The notes beneath the pieces were generated by a model that saw nothing but the letters and a program-made list of their open reading frames with translations, was not told the origin of the DNA and made no database searches. The translations under genes and the position numbers were made by a program. 64,000 nucleotides of DNA from an uncultured Acidobacteriota bacterium (GTDB lineage: Bacteria > Acidobacteriota > Vicinamibacteria > Vicinamibacterales > 2-12-FULL-66-21), in the NCBI GenBank assembly GCA_963839705.1, contig CAWIWL010000008.1:577629-641628 (forward strand), given 5' to 3'. Positions 8,842 through 18,145 of this stretch are shown one piece after another (the stretch's first letter is position 1; the number at the start of each line of letters is the position of its first letter).

Positions 8842-9779
8842 CGACGCCCCGCGTGTTCAGAATCGCCACGCGCGGCAGCCGCCTCGCCCTGTGGCAAGCG
8901 CACACCGTGGCGGATCGCCTGCGCGCGGCCGGAGCTGACAGCGAGATTGTCGTCGTCACGACGACCGGCGATCGTTCGCAGCACACCCCCGTGGCCGGTG
9001 ACGACAGCAAGCGGCAATTCGTGAAGGAGCTCGAGGATGCGCTCTTGCGCGGCGATGCCGACCTTGCCGTGCACAGCGCGAAAGACCTGCCCGTGGTGCT
9101 GCCAGAGGGCCTGGGCATCGCGGCATGCCTACCGAGAGAAGATGCGCGTGATGCTCTCGTGCTGCCCGGCGGGCAGGAGCCCCGGGCTCTCTCCAGCCTG
9201 TTCGCCGAGCTCGGCCGGGCCGCCGTCATCGGCACAGGCAGCGTGCGGCGCGCGGCGCAACTGGGGCCTCTTTTTGACGGGGCGAGGTTCGCACCCATTC
9301 GGGGCAACGTCGACACGCGGCTGGCTAAGCTCGACGCAGGCGGGTTCGACGCGCTGGTGCTGGCCTGCGCCGGTCTCCGCCGGCTGGGGTTCGGCGAACG
9401 CATCTCGGTCCCGATTCCAGTCGCACAGTGCGTTCCAGCCCCGGGTCAGGGTATCGTTGCCACTGAGATCCGGATGGACGACGAGGGGACCGGGGCCGTA
9501 CTTCGGGAGATCCACGACGAGGCGGCCGGCCGGGCGCTCGCCGCCGAACGCGCCCTCGTCGCCGCGCTCGACGGCGGGTGCCAGCTGCCACTGGGCGCCA
9601 TCGCCAGCGAACGGGATGGAGCGCTCGAGATGCTGGCGATGGTGGCGTCGCTCGACGGCACGCGCTCGGTGCGCCGTTCGATGAGCGGTCCCTTGTCCGA
9701 TCCGGAGGATCTCGGCCGGCGTCTGGCCGCCGCGCTCGCAGCCGAGGGTGCGCGGGCGCTGCTCGACGAGGTCCGGTAG
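8838..9779 (+). CDS. hemC: hydroxymethylbilane synthase (porphobilinogen deaminase)
   Basis: RIATRGSRLALWQA, LAVHSAKDLP and RGNVDTRLAKL motifs. The 4-nt overlap with the hemA stop suggests coupling. Confidence 0.95.
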   Translation: MTTPRVFRIATRGSRLALWQAHTVADRLRAAGADSEIVVVTTTGDRSQHTPVAGDDSKRQFVKELEDALLRGDADLAVHSAKDLPVVLPEGLGIAACLPREDARDALVLPGGQEPRALSSLFAELGRAAVIGTGSVRRAAQLGPLFDGARFAPIRGNVDTRLAKLDAGGFDALVLACAGLRRLGFGERISVPIPVAQCVPAPGQGIVATEIRMDDEGTGAVLREIHDEAAGRALAAERALVAALDGGCQLPLGAIASERDGALEMLAMVASLDGTRSVRRSMSGPLSDPEDLGRRLAAALAAEGARALLDEVR

Positions 9780-9787
9780 GCGCGATT

Positions 9788-9840
9788 TGTCAGTGCCCGG
9801 AGGGAACATTCGTAGTGTCCGGCTTTAGCCGGACCTGACA
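9788..9840. repeat. REP-like nested hairpin (core GTCCGGC-TTTA-GCCGGAC)
   Basis: Perfect 7-bp stem at 9817-9823/9828-9834, nested inside tgtcag (9788-9793)/ctgaca (9835-9840). It lies between hemC and cobA-hemD. Confidence 0.6.
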
Positions 9841-9846
9841 GGAACC

Positions 9847-11385
9847 ATGAATACTCCGTGTGTCTATATCGTCGGCGCCGGGCCCGGTGATCCGTCGCTC
9901 GTCAGCGTGCGCGGCCAGCGTTGCCTCCAGGCGGCGGACGTCGTTGTCTACGACCATCGCGTGCACCGACGGCTGTTGCGGCTGGCGCGATCCGGCGCGG
10001 AGTTGATCGACGTCGGCCCCGCGGCGCCGAAGTCGCTGGACCAGGACGCGATCTGTTTTCTGTTGGCCGAAAAGGCGCGTGAGGGCCGAACGGTCGTACG
10101 ACTGAAATGGGGCGACCCGTTCGTGTTCGACAGCGGCGGGAAAGAGGCGTTGTTCCTGCACGAGCAGCGCGTCCCCTTCGAGGTCGTCCCCGGCATCCCG
10201 GCCGCGATCGGGTGCCTCGCGTATGCCGGCGTCCCAGTCACGTATCCCGGGGCGGGCGACGCGCTGACCTTCGTGAGGGGTCACGAGGGCGAAGTGGACG
10301 CGCCGCCCGACGTCGACTGGTCTCGACTCGCCGGCCTCGCCGGCACCCTGGTCTGTTTTGCCGGGTCACGTCAGATAGGCGCCATCACCCACGCCCTCCT
10401 TTCTCATGGCCGTCCTGCCGAAGAGAGTGCGGCGCTCATCTACGATGGCACGCTCCCGTCGCAGGAGACCATCCAGGGCACGCTCGGTGACATCGCGTCC
10501 CGTGCGCGCGACGGCGAAGCGGCGATGCTGGTGGTCGGCGCCGTGGCGGGCCTGCGCGAACATCTGCGCTGGTTCGACGAGCGGCCGCTCTTCGGCAAGC
10601 GGATCGTCGTCACCCGGTCGATCGAACAGGCGGGCGAGCTCATCGAGATGCTCGAGGAACGGGGCGCAGAGGCGATTCCGGCGCCGACGATTCAGATTGC
10701 GCCGCCGGAAGATGCCGACGCGCTCGGCCGCGCCTGCGACGAGGCGTCCACCTTCGACTGGATCGTGTTCACGAGCGGCAACGGCGTCGAGTATTTCATG
10801 GAGCGCCTGCTCGCCACGAGCGACGTGCGCGAGCTGAAGGGCGTGCGCATCTGCACGATCGGTCCGTCGACCGCCTCCCGCGTCGCCAGGTATGGCATCC
10901 GGGTGGACCTGACCCCGGCCGAGTTCCGGGCCGAGGCCGTCGTCGAAGCGCTCGCAGCCACGGGGGACCTCAGCGGTAAGCGCTTCCTCCTGCCTCGCGC
11001 GGACATCGCCAGGGATCTGCTCGCCGACGCGCTGCGCGACGCGGGCGCGTACGTCCTGGACGTCGCCGCGTATCGGACGACGCCGGCGCGAGCCGACAGG
11101 GACGGCGGGCCGGACATTTACCGCATGCTGCTCGATCGGCAGATCGATGCCGTCACGTTCACGAGCGCGTCGACGGTCAGGAATTTCGTCGCCATGCTCG
11201 GCCTCGATCAGGCGGTCGACCTCCTCGCCTCGACCGTCGTTGCCTCGATCGGCCCGGTGACCGCCGAGGCGGCGCAGCAGCTCGACATCGCTACCACCGT
11301 CATGCCGCGCCGATACACGATTCCAGATTTGGTCGACGCGCTCGTCGAGCATTTTGCGACCGCGGCCGCGGATCCGAAGCACTGA
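9847..11385 (+). CDS. cobA-hemD: fused uroporphyrinogen-III C-methyltransferase / uroporphyrinogen-III synthase
   Basis: N-terminal half has VYIVGAGPGDPSL and RLKWGDPFVF (SAM-dependent tetrapyrrole methylase). C-terminal half is HemD-like (IVVTRSIEQAGEL...FTSGNGVEYF...FTSASTVRNF). Confidence 0.9.
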   Translation: MNTPCVYIVGAGPGDPSLVSVRGQRCLQAADVVVYDHRVHRRLLRLARSGAELIDVGPAAPKSLDQDAICFLLAEKAREGRTVVRLKWGDPFVFDSGGKEALFLHEQRVPFEVVPGIPAAIGCLAYAGVPVTYPGAGDALTFVRGHEGEVDAPPDVDWSRLAGLAGTLVCFAGSRQIGAITHALLSHGRPAEESAALIYDGTLPSQETIQGTLGDIASRARDGEAAMLVVGAVAGLREHLRWFDERPLFGKRIVVTRSIEQAGELIEMLEERGAEAIPAPTIQIAPPEDADALGRACDEASTFDWIVFTSGNGVEYFMERLLATSDVRELKGVRICTIGPSTASRVARYGIRVDLTPAEFRAEAVVEALAATGDLSGKRFLLPRADIARDLLADALRDAGAYVLDVAAYRTTPARADRDGGPDIYRMLLDRQIDAVTFTSASTVRNFVAMLGLDQAVDLLASTVVASIGPVTAEAAQQLDIATTVMPRRYTIPDLVDALVEHFATAAADPKH

Positions 11386-11410
11386 GAACACCGACCGACG
11401 GGCTGACGAG

Positions 11411-11432
11411 ACACGGACAAACGGACAACACC
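11411..11432. repeat. CA-rich ACGGACAA word stutter 3' of cobA-hemD
   Basis: Sequence acacggacaaacggacaacacc. The same word family occurs at 25401-25422 and 61661-61730, each just after a plus-strand stop codon. Confidence 0.6.
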
Positions 11433-11458
11433 GATAGCTTTCGAGGGAAGAACCTCCA

Positions 11459-12493
11459 GTGTCCAATCGATTGACGACACCTCTCAGACCGCCAGACGCT
11501 TCGACTCGCGCCCAGCTCGACCTCCCGCGGCGCCTGCGGCGGCTGCGCCGCTCGCCCGCCCTCCGCGCGATGGTTCGCGAGACGCGGCTCAGCCCGGACA
11601 TGTTTCTCTACCCGCTGTTCGTGTGTACGGGGAAGGGGCGGCGGCACGAGGTCGCGCCGATGCCGGGCGTCTTTCAACTGTCGGTCGATGAGGTGGTGAA
11701 GGAGGCGGCAGCCGCCAAGGCCGATGGGGTCCTCGGCGTACTGTTGTTCGGCCTGCCGGACGGCAAAGACGATACCGGCTCAGCGGCCTGGGATGCCGGC
11801 GCGCCGGTGCAATCAGCGATTCGTGCGCTCAAGCAGGAATTGCCTGATCTGCTCGTCGTCACCGATGTCTGCCTGTGCGAGTACACGTCGCACGGTCACT
11901 GCGGGCTGCTCCTGGACGGCGAGGTCGCCAACGACGCGACCGTCGAGCTCCTCGCGCGCTCTGCCCTGTCCCACGCCGAGGCCGGCGCCGACATCGTCGC
12001 GCCGTCGGACATGATGGACGGCCGAGTGGGGCGCATCCGCCGCGCCCTGGACGACGGAGGCTTCTCGCAGGTCGCGATCATGTCGTACGCGGCGAAGTAC
12101 TGTTCGGCGTTCTACGGCCCGTTCCGCGACGCCGCGGACTCGGCGCCCGCCTTCGGCGACCGCCGCTCACACCAGATGGATCCCGCCAACGTCGAGGAGG
12201 CGCTGCGCGAGGTCGCGCTCGATATCGAGGAAGGGGCCGACATCGTGATGGTGAAGCCGGCGATGACCTATCTGGACGTCATCGCGCGCGTGAAGGCCGA
12301 GTTCGGCATGCCGACCGCGGCGTATCACGTCAGCGGCGAGTACGCGATGCTCAAGGCCGCGGCACGGAACGGCTGGATCGACGAGCCGCGGGCGATGATG
12401 GAGACCCTGACCGCGATCCGCCGCGCCGGCGCGGATATCATCATCACCTACTACGCGCGCGAGGCGGCCCGGCTGCTGAGGGCACCCGACTGA
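11459..12493 (+). CDS. hemB: porphobilinogen synthase (delta-aminolevulinate dehydratase)
   Basis: [45 protein letters not shown] and [10 protein letters not shown] motifs; GTG start. Confidence 0.95.
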   Translation: MSNRLTTPLRPPDASTRAQLDLPRRLRRLRRSPALRAMVRETRLSPDMFLYPLFVCTGKGRRHEVAPMPGVFQLSVDEVVKEAAAAKADGVLGVLLFGLPDGKDDTGSAAWDAGAPVQSAIRALKQELPDLLVVTDVCLCEYTSHGHCGLLLDGEVANDATVELLARSALSHAEAGADIVAPSDMMDGRVGRIRRALDDGGFSQVAIMSYAAKYCSAFYGPFRDAADSAPAFGDRRSHQMDPANVEEALREVALDIEEGADIVMVKPAMTYLDVIARVKAEFGMPTAAYHVSGEYAMLKAAARNGWIDEPRAMMETLTAIRRAGADIIITYYAREAARLLRAPD

Positions 12494-12500
12494 GTCGTGC

Positions 12501-12534
12501 CGCGCGTTAGGCCTTACCGCGCGTTACGCCTTAC
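12501..12534. repeat. 17-nt direct tandem repeat after hemB
   Basis: cgcgcgttaggccttac (12501-12517) and cgcgcgttacgccttac (12518-12534) differ by one mismatch. Confidence 0.8.
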
Positions 12535-12562
12535 AATGAGCTACTTACAGCCGAGGTAGCCC

Positions 12563-13915
12563 ATGCACACCCGTGACGCCGCCGTGCCGCGGTCGATTCG
12601 GACCTTCGGGCGCTGCGCCCGCCTCTTTGCGCTGATCGGCGTCATTGCCAGCGGGCTGACGCTCGCCGCGCAGGCGCCGCTCCTCGACCTCACCGAGCGG
12701 GCGCGCGCCAAGGTTATGCTGGCCGAGATCAAGAGCGCCACCAAGGACAAGTACTACGACCCGGCGTTCCACGGCCTCGACATCAACGCCCACTTCAAGG
12801 CGGCAGAGACCAAGCTCGACACGGCAACCTCGCTCGGGCATGCGTACGCCATCATCGCGCAAGCACTCATCGACTTCGGCGACTCGCACACCTTCTTCAT
12901 CCCGCCGCAACGGGCGGCGACGTACGAGTACGGCTGGGACATGCAGATGGTCGGCGACGAGTGTCTCATCGTCGCGGTCAAGCCGGGGGCCGACGCCGAC
13001 GTCAAGGGCCTGAAGCCGGGCGATCGGGTCCTCCGCTTCGAGGCGTTCACGCCGAGCCGCACCGATCTGTGGAAGGCGCGTTACCTCTATCAGCTCCTCA
13101 GTCCACGCAGCGCCATCACGCTCGTCGTGCAGAGTCCAGGCGCGCAGCCGCGCAGCCTGCAGGTCGCGGCGAAGGTCACGAAGGGCCAGCGCGTCGTCGA
13201 AGTCAATCTCGACAACATCCTCGACGGCTCCGGGTTCGGCCCGGGCGCTGGCGAGCGGATCTTGCGCAGCCGCGTGGCACGGGCCGGTGACGTCGCGGTC
13301 TGGAGGCTGTCGGGATTCGACTTCGCTCCAGAAGACGTCGACCGCGTGTTCGACGACATCGTCAAGGGTGCGACGTCGCTCATCGTCGATCTGCGCGGCA
13401 ACGGCGGGGGGCTCGTGAAGACGCTCGAGCAGCTCACCTCGCGGTTCTTCGACCGCGAAGTGAAAGTCGGCGATGTGAAGGGCCGGCGGTCGGCGAAGGC
13501 CTCGGTCGCGAAGAAGCGGAAACAGCCGTTCGCGGGCAAGGTTGTCGTGCTGGTGGATGCCGAATCAGGATCGGCTGCGGAGATTTTCGCGCGCGTCATG
13601 CAGATCGAGAAGCGCGCGCCGGTTGTCGGCGATCGTTCGTCGGGTGCGGTCATGCAGTCGGTGCGGTGGATGGGAATGCTCGAAGGGACGGACGGCCTGA
13701 TCCCGTATGCCGTGAGCGTCACCGAGGCCGACTTCCTCATGTCCGACGGCAAGAGCCTCGAGCGCGTCGGCGTCGTGCCCGACGAGGTGTTGTTGCCGAC
13801 GCAAGCCGACCTGGCCGCCGGTCGCGACCCGGTGCTCGTCCGTGCCGCCGCCCTCCTTGGTGCCACCATCGATCCGGCGGCCGCGGGAAAGCTGTTTCCG
13901 GTTGAATGGAAGTGA
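12563..13915 (+). CDS. S41 family peptidase (C-terminal processing peptidase-like, PDZ-containing)
   Basis: Signal peptide, PDZ-like VKPGADADVKGLKPGDRVL, LIVDLRGNGGG and a serine-nucleophile context ESGSAAEIFA. Confidence 0.8.
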   Translation: MHTRDAAVPRSIRTFGRCARLFALIGVIASGLTLAAQAPLLDLTERARAKVMLAEIKSATKDKYYDPAFHGLDINAHFKAAETKLDTATSLGHAYAIIAQALIDFGDSHTFFIPPQRAATYEYGWDMQMVGDECLIVAVKPGADADVKGLKPGDRVLRFEAFTPSRTDLWKARYLYQLLSPRSAITLVVQSPGAQPRSLQVAAKVTKGQRVVEVNLDNILDGSGFGPGAGERILRSRVARAGDVAVWRLSGFDFAPEDVDRVFDDIVKGATSLIVDLRGNGGGLVKTLEQLTSRFFDREVKVGDVKGRRSAKASVAKKRKQPFAGKVVVLVDAESGSAAEIFARVMQIEKRAPVVGDRSSGAVMQSVRWMGMLEGTDGLIPYAVSVTEADFLMSDGKSLERVGVVPDEVLLPTQADLAAGRDPVLVRAAALLGATIDPAAAGKLFPVEWK

Positions 13916-13969
13916 GCGTCTCCGAACCGCCCGAGCACGAAACCCGTGGACGCCGTTGGTGTGAAGACG

Positions 13970-15829
13970 TCAGTTACGCCGGTTCCGTGCGGGTACCGGG
14001 ACGGCGCTGCCGCGCACCCATACGAATAAGTCGTCGTCGTTCCGCGAATCGTCGCTGCCGGTCGGCTGCCGCGACGCGAACACCAGCACGCGGCCGGCCC
14101 CATCAATCGACGGCGCGTGACTCGTTTCCATCCAGTCGTCCACTTCTTCCTCGCTGGCCCGGACCATGACGCAGGACGCGCGGTTGTACACGAACACATC
14201 CAGCAGCATGTTGATGTCCCGCTCGTTCCGTGAGCAGTCTTTCGCACAGATCAAATCGGACGCAAACGACTGGAAGGCGACGGTCTGTCCGTCGCCGGAG
14301 ATCGCGGGAAGGCCGCTCGCCCCATTGGCAAACTTGCCGTCCGGGCGACGACTCACGAGCTCGGTCGCACCAGTCGACGTGTCGTGAAGGAAGACGTCCG
14401 CCCGCCCGTTCCCGTCACCCTGAACCAGGTTGGTCGCCTCCGACACGAACGCCACGACGCGGCCGTCGCCGCTCAGCGCCGGCCACGAGCTCGGGCCATT
14501 GGCGTTCTTCCCATTCGAGTTTCGACTGACCCGCGACGTCACATTGAGGGTTGTATCTCGCAGATAGATCTCCGGCAGCCGCTTGCGTCCAGCAGCGTGC
14601 GCGGCACACGTGGCAACGTCACCGCACTCAAGGTTGGCTGTTGACATGAACGCGACGAACCGTCCATCCGCACTCACCGCAGGGGTCACGCTGTGGCCGG
14701 CAACTGGCTGAGATCCGTCGCTCGCGACGTTCACTCGCGTCATGCCACCGTCGGATAGCCGGACTATCAAGATGTCGGCGACGCTGCCGTTGGCGTCCCC
14801 GGACTCGATCAGATTGGTCGCCGACGACTCGAACACAACTGTGGTCCCGTCCGCGCTGATAGAGGCCTGCGTGCAGTGCCCATTCGCGAGTCGGCCCTGC
14901 GCGTCTACGCTGACGACACGCGCGGTCCGGTCGCGCCGATCGAGCACAACGACCTGCCAGGGGAACGACGACGGGCCATCTTCAGCCACTGCCTGAAAGA
15001 CGATGAAGCGCCCGTCGCCTCCGATTCGAGGATAGAGAATCGGACGGTAGCGACTGGCCCATCCCGGCTTCGATGACTCCAGCGTCGTCTTGCCGGTCTG
15101 GACATCGAGGACGTACAAGTCCAGGTCGTCGTCTTCGTCAGCAGACGCCAGCCGTGCCGCGGAAGTGAACGCGATGAATCGTCCGTCGGCGCTGACGCTC
15201 GCTGACGGCGGAGCCAGTGATCCTCCCGGCTGCTCGCGTTGCGGAAGGTTCATGACGACGCGACCCCTGGTTTCCCGGACCTCTCGAGCGACCACGCGTC
15301 CGACTTCGACTGCCCGGCCGGTCTCGAAGGCGGCGCCCGCCTCGCGGGTCGTACGCGTCGATCCGCTGCCATTGAACGTGATGCCGTCCAGTTGCTCGAT
15401 GATGTGCTCGATCTCGTGCGCGATCAGCTCGACCGTGTCCACAGGCGAGAAGATGACGACGCGCGCGTGCGTCACCAAGCCGTCTTTGCGCGACATCTCC
15501 GTCGTGGCCCGCACGGACGACTGCCGTTGCGGCGGATGGGCGTACAGCTTCACGACAAGTCCGCGTTCAGCGGACAGTCGTTGGCACTGCCGCCTGAACC
15601 TCGGGGAGTCCCGCCACATCGCCTGAACGACGTGCCGGAACACACCGGCGTCGAGGTTGGCGGGTGGACCGGCTGAGCTTACATCGCTCTCGTGGTAGGG
15701 CTGGAGATCGGCCGTGTCCTGGGGTGGGGCCATGGTGTTCCCGAACACTTCGGCCGTCGAAGCCAGTGCGTAACCGAGTACAGCAGCAGCAATCGCACTC
15801 AGATTGAGGAGCCGCAGTCGAAGATCCAT
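13970..15829 (-). CDS. secreted protein: N-terminal HExxH domain plus PD40/TolB-like beta-propeller repeats
   Basis: Signal peptide and ELIAHEIEHIIEQLDG. At least 6 repeats of the SADGRFIAF..S.ATNLV..D.N...DVF..D type follow. Confidence 0.7.
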   Translation of the reverse strand: MDLRLRLLNLSAIAAAVLGYALASTAEVFGNTMAPPQDTADLQPYHESDVSSAGPPANLDAGVFRHVVQAMWRDSPRFRRQCQRLSAERGLVVKLYAHPPQRQSSVRATTEMSRKDGLVTHARVVIFSPVDTVELIAHEIEHIIEQLDGITFNGSGSTRTTREAGAAFETGRAVEVGRVVAREVRETRGRVVMNLPQREQPGGSLAPPSASVSADGRFIAFTSAARLASADEDDDLDLYVLDVQTGKTTLESSKPGWASRYRPILYPRIGGDGRFIVFQAVAEDGPSSFPWQVVVLDRRDRTARVVSVDAQGRLANGHCTQASISADGTTVVFESSATNLIESGDANGSVADILIVRLSDGGMTRVNVASDGSQPVAGHSVTPAVSADGRFVAFMSTANLECGDVATCAAHAAGRKRLPEIYLRDTTLNVTSRVSRNSNGKNANGPSSWPALSGDGRVVAFVSEATNLVQGDGNGRADVFLHDTSTGATELVSRRPDGKFANGASGLPAISGDGQTVAFQSFASDLICAKDCSRNERDINMLLDVFVYNRASCVMVRASEEEVDDWMETSHAPSIDGAGRVLVFASRQPTGSDDSRNDDDLFVWVRGSAVPVPARNRRN

Positions 15830-16067
15830 TTCACGTCTCCTGAGTGGCCCTTACGACAGGACCAAGGGCCAAGCCGCATTATTTCGGCTTCATGCCTTCG
15901 AGTCCTGACCGTAAGCTTCGCGGTTTCTGAATTGAATGGCAGAGGTACGCTCGTCAGCGGAACCGAGCACGGCACGGCGGGGCGGCCTACCTCAACGACA
16001 GGAAGGTCAAAACGATCGCAATGGGATGCAACACACTAAGTCGCTGACGTGGACTAAGTCGGAAGTT

Positions 16068-16886
16068 TCAGAGGCGCCGCAGAAACTCGCGGACCGCCCC
16101 AACGACCTGTGCCCCCGCGGCCAGCACCTCATCGTTGTGATCCGCGCCGTCGACGATCACCAGCTGTTTCCGTTCCGACGCGGCCTCGAACAAGCGCCGG
16201 CTCTGGGACGCGGGGACAATGGAGTCGGCGGAGCCGGCGATCACGAGCAGCGGACAGCCGATCTTCGCAATGCGATCGATCGACGGATACCGGTCCCGCA
16301 GGATCCAGCCGACGGGCAGGATCGGATAGTGAAGCCGCCCCATTTCGACGAACGACGTGAACGGCGATCGAAGAATCACGGCGTGCGGCGGATGCTCGAC
16401 CGCCAGCCTCACGGCGACGGCTGACCCCAGCGACTCGCCGAAGTACACCAGGCGGCGCGCATCAACATCGTCCCGCGAGAGGACGTATCGCCGAGCCGCG
16501 CGGGCGTCGAGCGCGAGTCCCTCTTCTGTGGGCGAGCCCCGGTTCTCTCCGTAACCGCGATAGTCGAACAGCAGGACGGACAGGCCGCTCGCGGCGAGCT
16601 GTGCGGCCAGGTCCGATCGGTAGGCGCGATTCCCGGCATTGCCGTTGAAAACGATCACGGTGCCTGTGCTCGCGCCTTCACCCGGCACGAACCATCCGTT
16701 CAACGTCAACCCATCGTCAGTCGCAAACGTCACGGTCTCCGCCTTCGAGAGACCAACCTGCGCGGGCGGCGGGACATCGCCGGAGGGAAAGTACATCATC
16801 CGGCGCTGCGTCAGCCAGAAGAGCGCCAGCAACGCGGCCAATACAGCGCCGGTGAGTGCGAGCAAACGCGCCACGGTCATGAACAT
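16068..16886 (-). CDS. alpha/beta hydrolase
   Basis: N-terminal TM anchor, nucleophile elbow GESLGSAVA, and downstream Asp/His segments (GSADSIVP, GADHND). Confidence 0.8.
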   Translation of the reverse strand: MFMTVARLLALTGAVLAALLALFWLTQRRMMYFPSGDVPPPAQVGLSKAETVTFATDDGLTLNGWFVPGEGASTGTVIVFNGNAGNRAYRSDLAAQLAASGLSVLLFDYRGYGENRGSPTEEGLALDARAARRYVLSRDDVDARRLVYFGESLGSAVAVRLAVEHPPHAVILRSPFTSFVEMGRLHYPILPVGWILRDRYPSIDRIAKIGCPLLVIAGSADSIVPASQSRRLFEAASERKQLVIVDGADHNDEVLAAGAQVVGAVREFLRRL

Positions 16887-16933
16887 AACCGAGCCTTCCT
16901 GATCGCGCTTCGAGATTACAAATCCGTGCGTCG

Positions 16934-18088
16934 ATGGCCCGCGGATCTCTGAAGGCCAACGCGCGACGCCTGGGGTCTAATCCCCTCAGGTCGCCATTGT
17001 CCCACCACGCTCGACCGGTGCCTCGTCTCGTCTTGTTGTCCACAGCCATCGCGCTGCTCGGCATCACGCACGCGACTGGGCAGACCAGAGAAACGCCAGG
17101 ATTCGCCCGGCCAGTCGACCCGCACGCCGCCATGGTCAGACTGCTGCAGTCAACCGATCCCCGGGAGCAGGCGTGGGGCGCCTGGTACGCCGGACGCGAC
17201 TACCTCCCGCAGTTTACGCCGCTCATCCAACAACTGATTGCGCAGCACGTTTCGGGCGCGTCGATCAACGAGATCGCTGCTGTCGATGTGGCCCTCGACG
17301 CGCTCATCCAGATGAAGCAGGGCCTGCCATCGAGCACGCTCGCGAGCGTGTCCGAACGCCGGCCCGAGCAGGCGCTGATTCTGGCTGGCTTCGCGGCCAG
17401 GGACGATCGCGAGGTGGATCCGTTCCTCTTCGAGATGCTTCGCACCAACGACTACTATCGATGGTTCGCCGCCGCCAACCTGTTGCTCGAGCGCAGAACA
17501 TTCGGCCTTGCCAGCGCCATCATCGGTTCGCTCCGGCTGTCGGTGCATGTATCTGTGACCAGCGGCGACGGCTCCTCAGAAGGCGGCTTCGGCTCGGGGG
17601 GACGCATCGGTATCGGCTGCGGCGGGGGTGGGGGGGCGCCGGGCCTGCCACCCTGGGCATACTACCGGCTCGGAACTGCAGCCTCGCCTGGGCTGGTCGT
17701 CTTGTCTACTGGACCGACGACGGTGTACTACCAACGCATCGTCGCGCCCGCGGGTTCGACGCCAGCCCAGAGCTCAGTCCAACGCGCCGGCCCCTCCGCG
17801 GATGATCGGCTGCAGTATCTCGCGTCGCTCGCCGGACACGTTCCGGACAGCCTTCCTGTTCGCGGCACCGAATTTCGAGAGGTGCGGCTGGAGGCCGGCG
17901 CCCCCTTGGACCGCGCGCTCGAGAGTGTTCGCGCGGATATCTTCTCCCGCTGGGCGGTCCTCGCGCAGGCGCTGGTTCGTGTTGAAGCTCTCAGTCAGGA
18001 AAGCGCCGCCACGGACTTGCCGACCGTGGACCTGGTCGTCCACGATTCGCGTCAACCTGCCGCTCCTCTGGTGACGGTAACGCGCTAG
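16934..18088 (+). CDS. hypothetical secreted protein (helical N-terminal half, Gly-rich centre)
   Basis: 384-aa ORF with GC3-rich codon usage and a signal-like LVLLSTAIALLGITHATG. It has a GDGSSEGGFGSGGRIGIGCGGGGGAPG segment. I recognise no family. Confidence 0.5.
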   Translation: MARGSLKANARRLGSNPLRSPLSHHARPVPRLVLLSTAIALLGITHATGQTRETPGFARPVDPHAAMVRLLQSTDPREQAWGAWYAGRDYLPQFTPLIQQLIAQHVSGASINEIAAVDVALDALIQMKQGLPSSTLASVSERRPEQALILAGFAARDDREVDPFLFEMLRTNDYYRWFAAANLLLERRTFGLASAIIGSLRLSVHVSVTSGDGSSEGGFGSGGRIGIGCGGGGGAPGLPPWAYYRLGTAASPGLVVLSTGPTTVYYQRIVAPAGSTPAQSSVQRAGPSADDRLQYLASLAGHVPDSLPVRGTEFREVRLEAGAPLDRALESVRADIFSRWAVLAQALVRVEALSQESAATDLPTVDLVVHDSRQPAAPLVTVTR

Positions 18089-18145
18089 CTCCGCTTCAGC
18101 CCGCGCCCGCGGCAGATTCGAGCCGTATGCTATCTTCGTCGGTCT

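Noticed and set aside
10366-11601. 411-aa minus-strand ORF
   Set aside because: It is antisense to cobA-hemD, whose plus-strand product has clear methylase and HemD motifs.
7507-12493. The heme operon (and the pyr genes at 40198-48369) as an unusual system
   Set aside because: The gene content and order are standard (hemA-hemC-cobA/hemD-hemB with a CcsA/HemX-like gene; pyrR-pyrB-pyrC; pyrK-pyrD-pyrF). Only the embedded repeats and frameshifts are unusual.
13090-14247. 385-aa minus-strand ORF
   Set aside because: It is antisense to the S41 peptidase gene and out of frame with the PD40 gene. The composition is Ser/Thr/Arg/Pro-rich junk.
15830-16067. Longer non-coding gaps (15830-16067, 20433-20592, 53220-53395) inspected for tRNA or other structured RNA genes
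   Set aside because: I could not trace a cloverleaf or conserved T-loop/anticodon arm, and found no convincing hairpin architecture or known riboswitch core. A covariance-model scan would be needed to exclude small RNAs.
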